A stretch of DNA of 64,000 nucleotides from Acidimicrobiia bacterium (GTDB lineage Bacteria; Actinomycetota; Acidimicrobiia; Spongiisociales; ZC4RG35). The notes beneath the pieces are model-generated. The model was not told the origin of the DNA. It was given only the letters and a program-made list of their open reading frames with translations, and ran no database searches. This document shows positions 40,226 to 51,814 of this stretch, piece by piece. Positions within the stretch are counted from its first letter, which is position 1; each line of letters begins with the position of its first letter. The position numbers and the translations under genes are program-made. The DNA lies in contig DATEDN010000145.1 of NCBI GenBank assembly GCA_035281645.1, positions 65,684 to 129,683 on the forward strand. The letters are read 5' to 3'.

Positions 40226-41002
40226 TTGCTCGTTACCCGCAGGCCTCCTGGTGGTTTTTCTCTGGTGAGTGTCGTTTCCCCCCTTGACTTCGATCCCACC
40301 GAGGTCACCGCGGTCGTAGCCGCCATCGCCGGCGGCCCCCACTCCCAGCTCAACGTCCAGGTATCCGACCATCTCGCCCGGCGGCTCAACGTCGATGTCC
40401 ACATTGCCACCGCCTATAGCGAGAGCGACGCATCCGAGGAGGCCGAATCGCTCGTCGCTCGTCTGGGCGAATTTGTCCCCCATGCCAAGCAGCTATCTAT
40501 TCAGGCCCTCGATCTCACCGACTTCGTCAAGGCCCTTCCGGCGGGTGCCTTGCTCGTCCTGGGCGAGGCCGGCGGTTCGCTCCTCTCTCGGCTGGTGTTC
40601 GGACCTGGTGCGCGGCTGCGGGCCCGAGCTCAGGCCGGGGCGATCATCGTTCGGGCCGCTCCTCCGCGGGTATTTCAGGTGATGGATGACCCGGTCTTCG
40701 TGGGACCTCTCCACCTCGCCGGCGACGGGCGGCGCCTATACGACGATGAGCGGGTGGCGGTGGTCGAAGGAGGCAAGTTGGTCGGCGTCGTCGAACGGAC
40801 CCGGCTGGTAGGGGCGGCGGCCGATGTTCCCATCGCCAACCTGATGGATGATCCGATCTCGGTCTCGGCGACGATGTCGTTGGTCGAAGCCGCCAGCTCG
40901 ATCTCGGGAGCCCGCCAAGAATCGGGTGAGCCAAACAGGTTGTCAGGCCCGTGGCCGGTTGTCGATGGTCACGGGCATCTCATCGGAACCTACAGGCAGT
41001 AG
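40226..41002 (+). CDS. Hypothetical protein with a USP-like N-terminal half and a C-terminal CBS pair
   Basis: The C-terminal part has two CBS-like units (VFQVMDDPVFVGP...VAVVEGGKLVGVVERTRL; IANLMDDPISVSATMSLVEAA...WPVVDGHGHLIGTY). The start is uncertain (TTG 40226 or GTG 40265). Confidence 0.55.
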   Translation: MLVTRRPPGGFSLVSVVSPLDFDPTEVTAVVAAIAGGPHSQLNVQVSDHLARRLNVDVHIATAYSESDASEEAESLVARLGEFVPHAKQLSIQALDLTDFVKALPAGALLVLGEAGGSLLSRLVFGPGARLRARAQAGAIIVRAAPPRVFQVMDDPVFVGPLHLAGDGRRLYDDERVAVVEGGKLVGVVERTRLVGAAADVPIANLMDDPISVSATMSLVEAASSISGARQESGEPNRLSGPWPVVDGHGHLIGTYRQ

Positions 41003-41005
41003 CGA

Positions 41006-42160
41006 TTGCCAGTCATGAGAAGGGCCGTCATCGTCGTGATCGGCGTGCTCGCCATCTTTCACTTGGCGGGGGGTTGGTATTTCGCTGATCAAATCCGCCG
41101 CGACGCGCTGAGTCCGGATCACGAGCCCCCGACCGACGATGTCACGATTCTGGAGGCAGGGGCGGGAACGGTGCGTCTCGCCGCCGTGCCCGGCTTCGAG
41201 CCGGACCTCACCACCAGCGGCATCGTCGGCCTGGATTGGGGGACCGGTTACGGGCAACTCGGCCCCAGCTTCACCTCCGCCGATGATGGCTCGGTCACCA
41301 GAAACATCCAGCGTCTGAGCGGCGAAGCTCCACAGCCTGGAGACGTTGGTTTTCTTGACGGGAATGCTTTTCCCGGAGATCCTTCTCAGGCATTCGGCAT
41401 CGACTTCACCGAGATCGATTACCCCACTGCACTGGGCACGATGAAGGCGTGGCGGGTCCTGGCGCCTGGCGATGTCTGGGTGATTCACGTCCACGGCCTC
41501 GGAGCGAGCAAGCGCGAGGCGCTGCGTCTCATCAAGCCACTAGCGGCGGCGGGATTTCCCCAATTGGTCATCGACTATCGCAACGATGAGGGTGCCCCCC
41601 TCGACGACTCTGGCTTCTATCAGTTCGGAGCCACGGAGTGGGAAGACATCGCCGCTGCCGTGGACCAGGCGGCCAGCGAGGGTGCCACAGGAACTGTGCT
41701 GGTGGGCTATTCGACCGGGGCGGCTCACATCCTTTCCTATCTCCAGAGGACTCCCGACAATCCGGTACTGGCGTTGATCCTCGACAGCCCCAACGTCGAT
41801 TTGGAGCAGTCGATTGATCTGGGAGCTTCGCAACGCCGCCTGCCCCTAATTCCCCTGCCATTGCCCGGGACCTTGGTTTGGACGGCCAAGCGCCTGGCCA
41901 CACTCCGTTTCGGCCTCGATTGGGAGGCCACCGACTACCTCCCGGAGGCCGATCTGCTTTCGGTTCCGGTGCTCGTCATCCATGGCACCGCCGACGAGAC
42001 GGTCCCCTTCCAGGTCTCAGAGGACCTCGCCGCCGCCCGCCCCGACCTGGTCAGGCTCTTCATCGTTCCCGGCGCCGGCCACGTGCGCGGGTGGAATGTC
42101 GGTCCCCAGCCCTACGAGCGAGCGGTCACAGACTTTCTCTCCGAGGTCTTGCCAACTTGA
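41006..42160 (+). CDS. Membrane-anchored alpha/beta hydrolase
   Basis: N-terminal TM (AVIVVIGVLAIFHLAGGWYF), nucleophile elbow VLVGYSTGAAH, HGTADETVPF, GAGHV. Confidence 0.75.
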   Translation: MPVMRRAVIVVIGVLAIFHLAGGWYFADQIRRDALSPDHEPPTDDVTILEAGAGTVRLAAVPGFEPDLTTSGIVGLDWGTGYGQLGPSFTSADDGSVTRNIQRLSGEAPQPGDVGFLDGNAFPGDPSQAFGIDFTEIDYPTALGTMKAWRVLAPGDVWVIHVHGLGASKREALRLIKPLAAAGFPQLVIDYRNDEGAPLDDSGFYQFGATEWEDIAAAVDQAASEGATGTVLVGYSTGAAHILSYLQRTPDNPVLALILDSPNVDLEQSIDLGASQRRLPLIPLPLPGTLVWTAKRLATLRFGLDWEATDYLPEADLLSVPVLVIHGTADETVPFQVSEDLAAARPDLVRLFIVPGAGHVRGWNVGPQPYERAVTDFLSEVLPT

Positions 42161-42173
42161 CTAGGACATCCGC

Positions 42174-45100
42174 GTGATTGGCTACTACCGCCATCCGACG
42201 ATTTTCCGCGATCGGGTCGTCTTCGTCGCCGAGGATGACCTCTGGATGGTTTCCGCCGAGGGTGGGGACGCCTTTCGATTGACGGCTAATCCCGGCACCG
42301 AGACTTTTCCTCGATTCTCGCCCGATGGAAGTCAGATCGCCTTCGTTGGTCGAGACGAGGGCCGGCTCGACGTATATGTCATGCCGGCAGCCGGTGGCAG
42401 TTCCCGGAGGATTTCGTATCTCGGGGCCAACACACAAGTTCTCACATGGTCCCTGGATGGGGAATCGGTCATCGTCTCGAGCGACTATCAGCAGCCCTTC
42501 GAGGGCTGGGGCCACCTCTGGCGAATTCCAATCGACGGTCCCGCCCCCGAGGCGTTGGCCTGGGGTCCGGCCCGCGCCATCTCCTACGAGAGGGGCGGTC
42601 CGGGAGTGGTGATAGGTCGCAACAGTTTCGATCCGGCTCGGTGGAAGCGATATCGAGGGGGCCGGGCAGGAAGCCTCTGGGTCGACCGGGAGGGCGAAGG
42701 CGAGTTCACGATCCTCGTGGATCCGGGTGGCAACCTCGCCGACCCTATGTGGATCGGGCGCCGGATTTACTTCTTGTCCGACCACGAGGGAGTGGGAAAC
42801 ATCTACTCGGTGTCCCCAACTGGAACCGGGCTGCGACGACACACCCACCACGACGATTTCTATGCCCGCTTTTCATCTTCCGATGGACGTCGCATCGTCT
42901 ATCACTGCGGCGCCGACCTCTGGATCTTCGACCCCCGGCGGGATGAGAGCCGGCGCCTCGACGTCAATTTGCCGTCGGCCCGACCGCAACGCAACCGTCG
43001 GTTCATCCCGGTCACGCCCCGGAATCTGGAATCGGTCTCGCTTCACCCTGAGGGGCACACGGTGGCAGCGGTCGTGAGAGGAGGCGTCTTCTCCATGCCC
43101 CTGTGGGAGGGATCTCCGATACGACATGGGCTGGTCTCAGAGGCCCGCCAGCGGCTGCCCGAATGGCTGGCCGACGGCGCCTCACTGGTCATGGTCTCCG
43201 ATGAGAGCGGGGAGGACGAGCTGGTGGTGACCAACGATGCCACCAGCCCGGAGAGGCGACGCCGAAGCCGCCGGCGGACCGACCTCGGTCGGGTCCGCAC
43301 GCTCCATCCCTCTCCAACCAATCGCGATGCGGTCGCCATCACCAACCACCGCCACGAGCTGTTGTTGGTCAATCCCAGCAACGGCCGCATCCAGCTCGTC
43401 CACCACAGCCCGTACGGCTGGACCGCGGGAGTGAGCTGGTCGCCCGATGGGGCCTATCTGGCGTTCGGGGCCGTCACCAGCCGCACTACCTCCAACATCT
43501 GTATCTACGAGGTGGGAAGCGGCCGGACTCATGTGCTGGGAGGCCCGGAGTTCGAGGATTGGAGTCCCAGCTTTGACCCGGAGGGCAAGTACCTGGCGTT
43601 TCTGTCGGTTCGCGCTTTCGAGCCCATCCCCGACTCCCATTTCCACGATTACGGATTTCCTCGAGGAGGCATGCTGATGCTCCTCCCTCTGGCAGCTGAA
43701 ACACCCTCTCCCTTCACACCGAGCCAGCGCAAACCTCGGGCCCCCGGCGCACCGCCAGAGGGCGGGCCGCCCAAGCCCCCGGAGCCGGCGGCCGAGCGTC
43801 CCGACGGCGAACCGGCCCCGCCGCCACCGCCGCCCGCCACTACCAAGATCGACTTCGAAGGTCTCGCGGAGAGGATCGTCGCCTTCCCGACTCCCCCCGG
43901 CGTCTACAGCCGGATCCTTTTGGCCCGCGGGCGGGCTTTGTACCTCGTCCACCCGCTCGAACGAGAGGCCAACTTCGGGGAGGAGACGAGTGGGGGAGCG
44001 CGACTCGACGCCTGGGATTTCGGCAACGACAAATCGGAAACGATCGCTGAGGGCGTGACGGGCCTTACCGTCTCCCGGGACGGGAAGGTCATCGCCTACC
44101 GGACCAAGAAGGCCTTGCGCGTGGTACCGGTTGGCTTCAAAGACGACAAGTCGGGCAACGAGCGGGCAGGGCGGGAAACGGGATTCGTGGACCTTGATCG
44201 GCTTCGGGTTGAAGTCATCCCGGGTGCGGAATGGAAGCAGATGTTCTCGGAGGCCTGGCGTCTGCAGCGAGACCACTACTGGTGGGAAACCATGGGCGGA
44301 GTCGACTGGCCGTCGATCCACGATCGCTACCGCGACCTGGTCGATCGAGTCGCCAGCCGGGCGGAGTTCTCCGATCTGCTCTGGGAGATGCAGGGCGAAT
44401 TGGGGACATCACATGCCTACGAGTTGGGCGGGGATTATCGGCCGGCCCCGGTTTGGACTCAGGGCCATTTGGGTGCGCGGGTGGTGTATGAGCGCGGCGG
44501 CTGGAAAATCGTCGACATTCCAAGAGGGGACTCGTGGGATCAGCAGTCATCTTCCCCGCTGGCTGCCCCCGGGATCGATGTGGCCGTGGGAGATCGCATC
44601 TTGGAGATCGACGACCGGCCGGTCGATGCCAAGGTATCGCCCGCTTCACGGTTGGTGGAGCGGGGCGGGAGAACCATCACTCTGACCGTGCGACGCGGCC
44701 GGGGCAAAGCGCGCCGAGTAGTGATTAACCCCCTTAACGATGCGACACGGCTGTGGTATCGAGCGTGGGTGCGTGGGAACCGCGAGTACCTGGCCGAACA
44801 CTCGCAGGGACGGGTCGGGTACGTCCATATTCCCGATATGGGACCGTCCGGTTTCTCGGAGTTCCACCGATCATGGAAGTCCGAAGTGGATCGCCCGGGA
44901 TTGGTGATCGATGTCCGCTTCAATCGCGGTGGCAACGTCAGCCAGCTCCTCCTCGAGCGGCTGTTGCGAGAGCGGGTGGGCTACCAGATCACCCGCTGGC
45001 GAGCTCCTTCAGCAATGCCCTCTGACGCCCCGATGGGCCCAATGGTTTGCCTTACCAACGAGAACGCCGGCTCCGACGGCGACATCTTCTCCCACGTCTT

Positions 45101-45431
45101 CAAGATGAAGGGACTGGGACCCCTGATCGGCACTCGCACCTGGGGCGGCGTGGTAGGGATATGGCCCCAGCAATCGCTGGTGGACGGAACGGTCACAACC
45201 CAGCCCGAGTTCCACACCTGGTTCACGGACGTGGGCTATGCAGTCGAGAACTTCGGGGCGACTCCTGATCTCGAGGTCATCAACAGCCCCCAGGATTACG
45301 CCCGCGGCTTCGACCGCCAGCTCGAGGCGGGTCTTGGGGAGTTGCTCAAGCTGATCGAGGCCGCCCCGGGAGCGCCGGAATTCGGGGACCGCCCGCTCAC
45401 CCGGCCACCCGCCTTCCCCCGGCTCTCCTAG
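42174..45431 (+). CDS. Tricorn protease homolog (S41 family)
   Basis: 1085 aa. N-terminus [50 protein letters not shown], beta-propeller repeats, PDZ-like region ([12 protein letters not shown]), and S41 catalytic region ([36 protein letters not shown]). Confidence 0.9.
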   Translation: MIGYYRHPTIFRDRVVFVAEDDLWMVSAEGGDAFRLTANPGTETFPRFSPDGSQIAFVGRDEGRLDVYVMPAAGGSSRRISYLGANTQVLTWSLDGESVIVSSDYQQPFEGWGHLWRIPIDGPAPEALAWGPARAISYERGGPGVVIGRNSFDPARWKRYRGGRAGSLWVDREGEGEFTILVDPGGNLADPMWIGRRIYFLSDHEGVGNIYSVSPTGTGLRRHTHHDDFYARFSSSDGRRIVYHCGADLWIFDPRRDESRRLDVNLPSARPQRNRRFIPVTPRNLESVSLHPEGHTVAAVVRGGVFSMPLWEGSPIRHGLVSEARQRLPEWLADGASLVMVSDESGEDELVVTNDATSPERRRRSRRRTDLGRVRTLHPSPTNRDAVAITNHRHELLLVNPSNGRIQLVHHSPYGWTAGVSWSPDGAYLAFGAVTSRTTSNICIYEVGSGRTHVLGGPEFEDWSPSFDPEGKYLAFLSVRAFEPIPDSHFHDYGFPRGGMLMLLPLAAETPSPFTPSQRKPRAPGAPPEGGPPKPPEPAAERPDGEPAPPPPPPATTKIDFEGLAERIVAFPTPPGVYSRILLARGRALYLVHPLEREANFGEETSGGARLDAWDFGNDKSETIAEGVTGLTVSRDGKVIAYRTKKALRVVPVGFKDDKSGNERAGRETGFVDLDRLRVEVIPGAEWKQMFSEAWRLQRDHYWWETMGGVDWPSIHDRYRDLVDRVASRAEFSDLLWEMQGELGTSHAYELGGDYRPAPVWTQGHLGARVVYERGGWKIVDIPRGDSWDQQSSSPLAAPGIDVAVGDRILEIDDRPVDAKVSPASRLVERGGRTITLTVRRGRGKARRVVINPLNDATRLWYRAWVRGNREYLAEHSQGRVGYVHIPDMGPSGFSEFHRSWKSEVDRPGLVIDVRFNRGGNVSQLLLERLLRERVGYQITRWRAPSAMPSDAPMGPMVCLTNENAGSDGDIFSHVFKMKGLGPLIGTRTWGGVVGIWPQQSLVDGTVTTQPEFHTWFTDVGYAVENFGATPDLEVINSPQDYARGFDRQLEAGLGELLKLIEAAPGAPEFGDRPLTRPPAFPRLS

Positions 45432-46483
45432 CCGGCGATCCGGGAGGCGATGGCGGACCCGATCTCGGAAGTCGTCATCCCCATCTCCGGTCCCGCCATG
45501 GCTTTGAGATCGGCGAGCACAGACACGGCCGCTTCTTCCACCGCTTTGGCGGCTTCGGACTGGCCGAGATGGTCCAGACACAGAGCCAGCGAGAGAATCG
45601 CCGCAACTGGATTTGCCCAGCCCTTCCCGGCGATGTCGGGGGCCGAACCGTGGACCGGCTCGAACACCGAGGGGTACCGACGGCTGGGATTGAGGTTCGC
45701 CGAGGCCGCCAGCCCCAAGCCTCCCTGGATGGCGGCGCCGAGGTCGGTGATGATGTCTCCGAACAAGTTGTCGGTGACGATCACGTCAAACCTTTGCGGA
45801 TTCGAGACCAGGTAGAGACAGGCGGCGTCCACATGCACGTAATCGGAAGCGACAGCGGGGTACTCCGGGGCGAGCTCATCGCAGGTCCGCTGCCAGAGAC
45901 TGCCGGCATACGTGAGGACGTTGGTCTTGTGGCAGAGGGTGAGGCGGCCCGAGCGAGTGCTGGCAAGCTCATAAGCGAAGCGGATCACCCGTTCGACCCC
46001 GAGACGGGTGTTGATCGACTCTTGAGTTGCCACCTCGTCAGGCCCGCCCCGTCGCAACACTCCGCCCGCTCCGGCATAAAGGCCCTCCGTGTTCTCGCGC
46101 ACGACCACCAGGTCGCACTGTTCCGGCTCGAGCCGGGCAATCGGACTCGGAACCCCCGGGTAGAGCCGGATAGGTCGCAGGTTGACGTATAGATCGAAGT
46201 CGAAACGCAGCTTGAGCAGTAGACCCCGCTCGAGCACTCCGGGCGGCACCTCGGGTGTGCCCACCGCTCCGAGGAGGATGGCATCGTGAGCGGCCAGCTC
46301 GTCCTCCACTGAGGTGGGGAGAACCTCGCCCGTGGCCAGAAATCGTCTGCCACCGAGGTCGTAGTCGCTGGTCTCGAAGGCAATCTCAAAGCGTTCGGCG
46401 GCTGCGTCGAGGGCGCGCAACGCTTGCTCGATCACTTCCGGGCCAACTCCGTCTCCGCCGATGACGGCAAATCGATACGCCAT
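45428..46483 (-). CDS. leuB: 3-isopropylmalate dehydrogenase
   Basis: [86 protein letters not shown]. Close to the actinobacterial short LeuB. Confidence 0.9.
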   Translation of the reverse strand: MAYRFAVIGGDGVGPEVIEQALRALDAAAERFEIAFETSDYDLGGRRFLATGEVLPTSVEDELAAHDAILLGAVGTPEVPPGVLERGLLLKLRFDFDLYVNLRPIRLYPGVPSPIARLEPEQCDLVVVRENTEGLYAGAGGVLRRGGPDEVATQESINTRLGVERVIRFAYELASTRSGRLTLCHKTNVLTYAGSLWQRTCDELAPEYPAVASDYVHVDAACLYLVSNPQRFDVIVTDNLFGDIITDLGAAIQGGLGLAASANLNPSRRYPSVFEPVHGSAPDIAGKGWANPVAAILSLALCLDHLGQSEAAKAVEEAAVSVLADLKAMAGPEMGMTTSEIGSAIASRIAG

Positions 46484-46540
46484 CCGAGCAAGTTACCGTG
46501 GCCGGCCGTGACCCCTACGCATCGAGGGCGACCCACCGCC

Positions 46541-48394
46541 ATGGGAGGCGTGGCGGGTCTCACCCTGGCCGCGCTTGGCATCGTCTACGGGGATATTGGA
46601 ACCAGCCCGCTCTACTCCTTGCGGGAGACCTTTGCCGCCAGGTACGGAATCAGCGTTTCCGAGGTATCGGTGCTCGGCTCCCTGTCACTGATCTTCTGGG
46701 CGCTGATTCTGGTTATCACCATCAAGTACGTGGTGGTGGTGATGCGTGCGGACAACGACGGCGAGGGCGGGATTCTTTCGCTCACCGCTCTGGTCGCCCC
46801 GAGTGATCGGGAGCGGCGGAGGAGAAGTGGTCTGGTACTGGCGGGGATGTTCGGGGCGGCTCTGCTGACTGGCGAGGGGGCGATCACTCCGTCGATTTCT
46901 GTGCTGGCAGCGGTCGAGGGCTTGGAGCTGGTGACGCCCGAGTTGACAGCCTTTGTGATCCCGATCTCGATTGCGATCCTCATCGGGCTCTTCGCAATCC
47001 AGCAGCGAGGAACCGAGGTGGTGGGACGGCTTTTCGGACCGTTGATGCTCGTCTGGTTCCTCGTATTGGCGGTACTTGGCGCCGTCCAGGTCGCCGGTAA
47101 TCCGACGGTGCTGGCCTCCCTCAACCCGCTCCATGCGATCAGGTTCTTCGCTGAGTATCAGGGTCGGGCATTCGTAGCGCTGGGCTCGATTGTGCTCGTG
47201 GTGACGGGAGGCGAAGCCCTCTACGCCGACCTGGGACATTTCGGGACCCGCCCCATTCGTTTGGGGTGGCTCGGAGTGGTGCTTCCGGCGCTGGTGATCA
47301 ACTACCTGGGTCAAGGCGCGCTCTTGCTGGCCGATCCGACCGCAGTCGAAAGCCCCTTCTTTTTACTGGCACCGGCATGGGCGCTGGTGCCGTTAGTAGT
47401 ACTGGCGACGCTGGCGACCATCGTTGCCAGCCAGGCCTTGATCTCGGGCGTCTTCTCGCTGGCCACCCAGGCCATGCAGCTCGGGTTCATTCCCCGTCTT
47501 TTGGTCAAGCACACCTCAGAGGATGTCCACGGTCAGGTTTACCTGCCGGCGGTGAACTGGTCGCTTCTCATCGTCTGCATCGGCCTGGTTCTCGGCTTTC
47601 GGAGTTCGACCAACCTGGCGGCGGCATATGGGGTTGCCGTCACAGCCACGATGCTCATCACGAGCATCCTCATCTCTGTGTACGCCCGTGAGCGATGGGA
47701 GTGGGGATGGGGACGGGTGGTGACGATCATCGGTCTCTTCGCCCTCATCGACCTGGCCTTTCTCTCCTCCAACCTGCTCAAGATCCCGGAGGGAGGTTGG
47801 TTCGCTCTCGTGGCCGCCGGCAGCTTGTTCTTCTTGATGACGACATGGGTCAAGGGTCGCCGTCTGGTGGCCCTCAAATCGGGTCTCGGTCGCCAGCCCC
47901 TCGACAAGTTCATCGCCTCACTTGCCAAGTCGCCCATTCAGCGGACCAAAGGAACCGCCGTCTACTTCTTCCCGGTCCCGGGCGTGGTGCCTCCTGCCTT
48001 CATCGCCAACCTGCGTCACAACGACGCCGTTCACGAGTCGGTCGTTTTTCTGTCGGTGGTGGTCTCGAAAAAGCCGCGGGTGCCGGCGGCCCGGCGCGAC
48101 TCGGTCCGCCATCTCGGATCCCGCTTCTTTCAGGTGATCCTCGAATACGGGTTCATGGAGGAGCCCGAAATTCCCTCCGCGCTCAACCAGCTGATCGCCG
48201 AGGTGGCCTTCGACCCGCTCCAAACCACCTACTTCCTCGGCAAGGAGAGGGTGGTATCGAAGGAAGGAGTGGGGCTGTGGGGTCTGAGAGAACGGCTCTT
48301 CTATTTCCTCCACCGCAACGCCCGCAGCGCGGCCGAATACTTCCGGCTCCCTTTCGACCGGGTGGTCGACATCGGGGTGGTGGTCGAGATCTGA
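46541..48394 (+). CDS. kup: KUP/HAK/KT family potassium transporter
   Basis: LAALGIVYGDIGTSPLYSL, VMRADNDGEGGILSL, GGEALYADLGHFG, YLGQGALLL. The track start at 46424 overlaps leuB; the ATG at 46541 (or GTG at 46508) is preferred. Confidence 0.9.
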   Translation: MGGVAGLTLAALGIVYGDIGTSPLYSLRETFAARYGISVSEVSVLGSLSLIFWALILVITIKYVVVVMRADNDGEGGILSLTALVAPSDRERRRRSGLVLAGMFGAALLTGEGAITPSISVLAAVEGLELVTPELTAFVIPISIAILIGLFAIQQRGTEVVGRLFGPLMLVWFLVLAVLGAVQVAGNPTVLASLNPLHAIRFFAEYQGRAFVALGSIVLVVTGGEALYADLGHFGTRPIRLGWLGVVLPALVINYLGQGALLLADPTAVESPFFLLAPAWALVPLVVLATLATIVASQALISGVFSLATQAMQLGFIPRLLVKHTSEDVHGQVYLPAVNWSLLIVCIGLVLGFRSSTNLAAAYGVAVTATMLITSILISVYARERWEWGWGRVVTIIGLFALIDLAFLSSNLLKIPEGGWFALVAAGSLFFLMTTWVKGRRLVALKSGLGRQPLDKFIASLAKSPIQRTKGTAVYFFPVPGVVPPAFIANLRHNDAVHESVVFLSVVVSKKPRVPAARRDSVRHLGSRFFQVILEYGFMEEPEIPSALNQLIAEVAFDPLQTTYFLGKERVVSKEGVGLWGLRERLFYFLHRNARSAAEYFRLPFDRVVDIGVVVEI

Positions 48395-48402
48395 TTCCGT
48401 CC

Positions 48403-48449
48403 TTCTTGCGTATTGGTCCCGGGTTTGGGGGGGCGATCGTACGCAAGGA
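48403..48449. repeat. Palindromic intergenic element, family A, copy 3 (TTCTTGCGTA-N27-TACGCAAGGA)
   Basis: Lies between the convergent kup (stop 48394) and CNNM/CorC (stop 48455) genes. The arms are 9/10 complementary. Confidence 0.7.
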
Positions 48450-48454
48450 AAGAT

Positions 48455-49735
48455 TCAGCGCTTGAGGAGCTCGACCTCGGTGACTCGGCGCCCATCCATC
48501 CGCCGCACCCTCATGACCCAGCCCGATTCCTCCACTCGGTCCCCACGGCGAGGGATTCGGCCGAGTCGGTTCATGAGAAATCCGCCCAGAGTTTCGTACT
48601 CACCCGCCGGGATGGCTATCCCCGCCAAAGATCGCAGCTCATCAGGCCTAATCGCCCCGGGGACATAGAACCAGTCGCTTTCCCCGATCCGACGACTTTC
48701 GAGGTCACCCTCGTCGTATTCGTCACGGATATCGCCCACCAGTTCCTCGGCGATGTCTTCGAGGGTCAGCAGGCCGGCGGTGCCGCCATGCTCGTCGACG
48801 ATCAAGGCCAGGTGACGGCCGCTCCGCTGCATCTCGCCCAAGAGCGGACGGATCGATGCCGTTTCCGGCACCGCTAGCACCGGTCGAATCAGCGCCGGGT
48901 CGATGGGAAGGTCATGCTGATCGTCGGGAATGGCCAGCAGGTCCTTGGCATGCACGAAGCCGATGAGATCGTCGACATTGTTCCCGAAGATCGGGATCCG
49001 CGAGAAGCCTTCATCGATGATCACCTGCTCCAGTTCGGCCGGGGTCGCGTCCCGAGGGCGGCCAACGATGTCGGGGCGGGGAACCATCACTTCCGATGCA
49101 TCGCGCTCCGAGAAGCGGATCGCTCCCGACAGAAGCTTGCTGGCAAACTCCTCGATCACGCCTTCCTGGCGACCGGCGGCTATCACCGAGGCCAGGTCCT
49201 CGGCGGTATGAGCAGTTTCGAGCTTGTCCCGGGGCTCTACCCCGAAGATTCGCAGGAATCCGTTGGCCACCCAGTTGAGCGCTGCGATCAAGGGACGGAA
49301 GAGGGTCATGAACCAATGGAAGGGCACTCCCAGCCAAACCGCCAACCGTTCCGGAGTGGCGATGGCGACGTTTTTGGGCGCCATCTCGCCAACCACCATG
49401 TGCAAGAAGACCACGATCAGTAGGGCGATGATGAAGGCGATGGTGTGGGTGAGGCCGGAGGGGACCGAGAACCAGCCGAGTGCAGTTTCAAAGATCCCGG
49501 CTACGGCCGGCTCGGCCACAAAACCGAGGAGGAGGGTGGCGAGGGTGATTCCCACCTGAGCCCCGGCCAGGGCATCGGAAAGATTGCTCATCGTGGCCGC
49601 AGCCGCCCGCGCCCCCCGACCCGGCAGATCTTCGATCACTTCACGGCGGGCGGCAGTAAAAGCGAATTCGGCGGCCACGAAGAAGCCGTTGGCGAGAAGA
49701 AGCACGATCATCCAGCCGAGCGCCCCGACGTTCAT
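48455..49735 (-). CDS. CNNM/DUF21-CBS-CorC_HlyC family membrane protein (hemolysin-like / Mg-Co efflux-like)
   Basis: DUF21 TM region (ANGFFVAAEFAFTAARR, GEMAPKNVA), CBS pair, and a CorC_HlyC tail (YETLGGFLMNRLGRIPRRGD). Confidence 0.85.
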   Translation of the reverse strand: MNVGALGWMIVLLLANGFFVAAEFAFTAARREVIEDLPGRGARAAAATMSNLSDALAGAQVGITLATLLLGFVAEPAVAGIFETALGWFSVPSGLTHTIAFIIALLIVVFLHMVVGEMAPKNVAIATPERLAVWLGVPFHWFMTLFRPLIAALNWVANGFLRIFGVEPRDKLETAHTAEDLASVIAAGRQEGVIEEFASKLLSGAIRFSERDASEVMVPRPDIVGRPRDATPAELEQVIIDEGFSRIPIFGNNVDDLIGFVHAKDLLAIPDDQHDLPIDPALIRPVLAVPETASIRPLLGEMQRSGRHLALIVDEHGGTAGLLTLEDIAEELVGDIRDEYDEGDLESRRIGESDWFYVPGAIRPDELRSLAGIAIPAGEYETLGGFLMNRLGRIPRRGDRVEESGWVMRVRRMDGRRVTEVELLKR

Positions 49736-51030
49736 GGGCGTTCGCCGCTCCGGGTGACTGCCACGCGATCGATGCGGCGGCCATCCATCGAGATCACCTC
49801 GAACAGAAACTGTCCGTAGGCGATTTTCTCCCCGGCTTCGGGAAAACGGCCAAGCCGGGAGACGAGAAATCCGCCCAGAGTCTCGAAATGCCCATCAGGC
49901 AGCTCGAGGCCAAGTCCGTCCTCCACATCGTGGCGGTTGGCCAGGCCCCGAAGCTCGATCCGTTCGGAGACTCCGTCGTCGGATTCGAAGGCGGTGAGAG
50001 GGACATCGTGTTCGTCGCTGATTTCTCCGAGGATTTCCTCGAGGAGATCTTCGATCGTGACGATTCCCGCCAGTCCTCCGTACTCGTCTACTACCAATGC
50101 CATCGCCCGACTCTGGCCTTGCATGTCAACCAGGAGGTCGTCGAGATGACGGGAGTCGGGAACAATGAGAGCCGGCTTGGCAATGTGACTCACAGGAGTG
50201 ATCGATCGACGCTCCGGAGGGACCCGAAATGTGTCCTTGACGTGGACGACGCCGATGATCTCGTCTCGATCCTCGCCGAAAATCGGGAAGCGTGAGTGAC
50301 CCGATTCGAGGGACACCCGGCGTAGATCTGCCACCGAATCGAAACGAGATAGCCCCTCCACATCAACCCGGGGGACCATGACATCGGCCGCGACTTTCTC
50401 TGTGAACGAGATCGCCCTGGTGAGGAGCGAGAGCTCAGCGTCGTCGAGCTCGCCCTCCTCGCCGGACGAACGGATGATCAGCTCCAGTTCTTCGAGCGAC
50501 CGCACTCCGGCCAGTTCCTCGCGGGGTTCGATCCCCAGCTTGGTGACCGTCCAGTTGGCGGCCCGATTGAGGAGGAGGATCACAGGGCGCAGGAGCCGGT
50601 TGACCCAGGACATTGGGATCGCCACTGCCTTGGCGGTGCCGTAGGGTTTGGAGAGGGCGAAGTTTTTCGGCACCAGCTCGCCGATGAGCATCGAGGCGAT
50701 ATTGGCGACCAGGAGAGCGGCTCCGACGGCGAATGCCCGGCGGTCGGTGACCCCGGTCCAGCCGATTCTGCGCAGCAAAGGCGCGAACAAGTCGGCCAGA
50801 GCGGGCTCGGCGATGGCACCTGTCAAGAGCGAGGTGATGGTTATGCCGAGCTGAGCTCCGGAGAGCTCGAAAGACAGCCGCGAGAGTGAGCCGTTGATCT
50901 GATTGGCGGCCCGGTCTCCTTCGGCTGCCAACCGCCGGACCCGGCTGCGATCGACCGCAACTAGTGCGAACTCTCCGGCGACGAAAAAGGCAGTGAGAAG
51001 GACAAGGACAGCAACCAGGCCCAGGCCCAA
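49732..51030 (-). CDS. CNNM/DUF21-CBS-CorC_HlyC family membrane protein, tandem paralog
   Basis: Same architecture ([28 protein letters not shown] pair, [20 protein letters not shown]). 4-nt overlap with the downstream paralog. Confidence 0.85.
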   Translation of the reverse strand: MGLGLVAVLVLLTAFFVAGEFALVAVDRSRVRRLAAEGDRAANQINGSLSRLSFELSGAQLGITITSLLTGAIAEPALADLFAPLLRRIGWTGVTDRRAFAVGAALLVANIASMLIGELVPKNFALSKPYGTAKAVAIPMSWVNRLLRPVILLLNRAANWTVTKLGIEPREELAGVRSLEELELIIRSSGEEGELDDAELSLLTRAISFTEKVAADVMVPRVDVEGLSRFDSVADLRRVSLESGHSRFPIFGEDRDEIIGVVHVKDTFRVPPERRSITPVSHIAKPALIVPDSRHLDDLLVDMQGQSRAMALVVDEYGGLAGIVTIEDLLEEILGEISDEHDVPLTAFESDDGVSERIELRGLANRHDVEDGLGLELPDGHFETLGGFLVSRLGRFPEAGEKIAYGQFLFEVISMDGRRIDRVAVTRSGERP

Positions 51031-51068
51031 GCCGGTACTAATTAATCAGCTCCCGTCGGATGTCAACT

Positions 51069-51716
51069 TCAGCCGCTGATCCACGCCTGGATTTCTTCAT
51101 CTTGAGACCATTCCTGAAATCGCTCGTCCGAGCAGTTGGCACCGATCGAGCTCATCAGAGTCGATGCCTCGGCCACTTCGGCTGCGGTCAGATCGGCCAT
51201 CGAGCCGCCGCGGTCGACGAACTCCTGGAAGGCCGCGATGTCGGTCTCGCAGTCGCCCGAGGCGTTACCTCCGCTTTCCAAGGCCCCCACGAAATCCTCG
51301 ATGAACGTGAAGTACGCCACCGTGCCCGGGGCTTCCTCTTCAGCGAACTCGCGGATGATCGAGAAGCTCTCGGTGGTGCTGACATCGAGATCGGGGCAGG
51401 ACTCGGTTCTCTCCTCAAATCCTTCGGTGGCGGTAGCGAGCTCTTCGCTCAAGGCTTCGAAGTCGGTCTGGGTCAGGGATTGAAAGTCGATGCCCTCGAC
51501 GACAGGCTCGATTGCCTGCAGGTATTCCCGCAACGCGTCGACGCATTCGGCTGGCATGTCGTCCACGCTTCCCACCGACCCAGGGTCGGCGGGGGCTTCG
51601 GTGGTCGCAACCTCGGTGTTGTCGGTCGGGGGCGCGCTGGTCTCCGCGGTTCCACTCTGACAGGCTACGGCCGCGACCACCCCCAGCCCCAGCAACAGAA
51701 GACGACGAAACTTCAC
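51069..51716 (-). CDS. Hypothetical acidic secreted protein or lipoprotein
   Basis: Signal-like VKFRRLLLLGLGVVAAVAC|QSG with a non-canonical lipobox, a strongly acidic mature part, and no recognised domain. The GTG at 51716 is preceded by AGGAGAGG; the track start is 51737. Confidence 0.45.
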   Translation of the reverse strand: MKFRRLLLLGLGVVAAVACQSGTAETSAPPTDNTEVATTEAPADPGSVGSVDDMPAECVDALREYLQAIEPVVEGIDFQSLTQTDFEALSEELATATEGFEERTESCPDLDVSTTESFSIIREFAEEEAPGTVAYFTFIEDFVGALESGGNASGDCETDIAAFQEFVDRGGSMADLTAAEVAEASTLMSSIGANCSDERFQEWSQDEEIQAWISG

Positions 51717-51814
51717 CCTGGCACCTCTCCTTTGCATCTCAGCTTACGCAAACCCGGAGTGGTGGACGCGGCCCAGCAGCGAGACCGCGAACAGAATCGC
51801 GTGGCTGAGTGGGT

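Noticed and set aside
51738-51760. Possible fourth copy of the family A element (CTTACGCAAA upstream of the acidic lipoprotein gene).
   Set aside because: Only one half-site is present, with no inverted partner at 27-28 nt spacing on either side.
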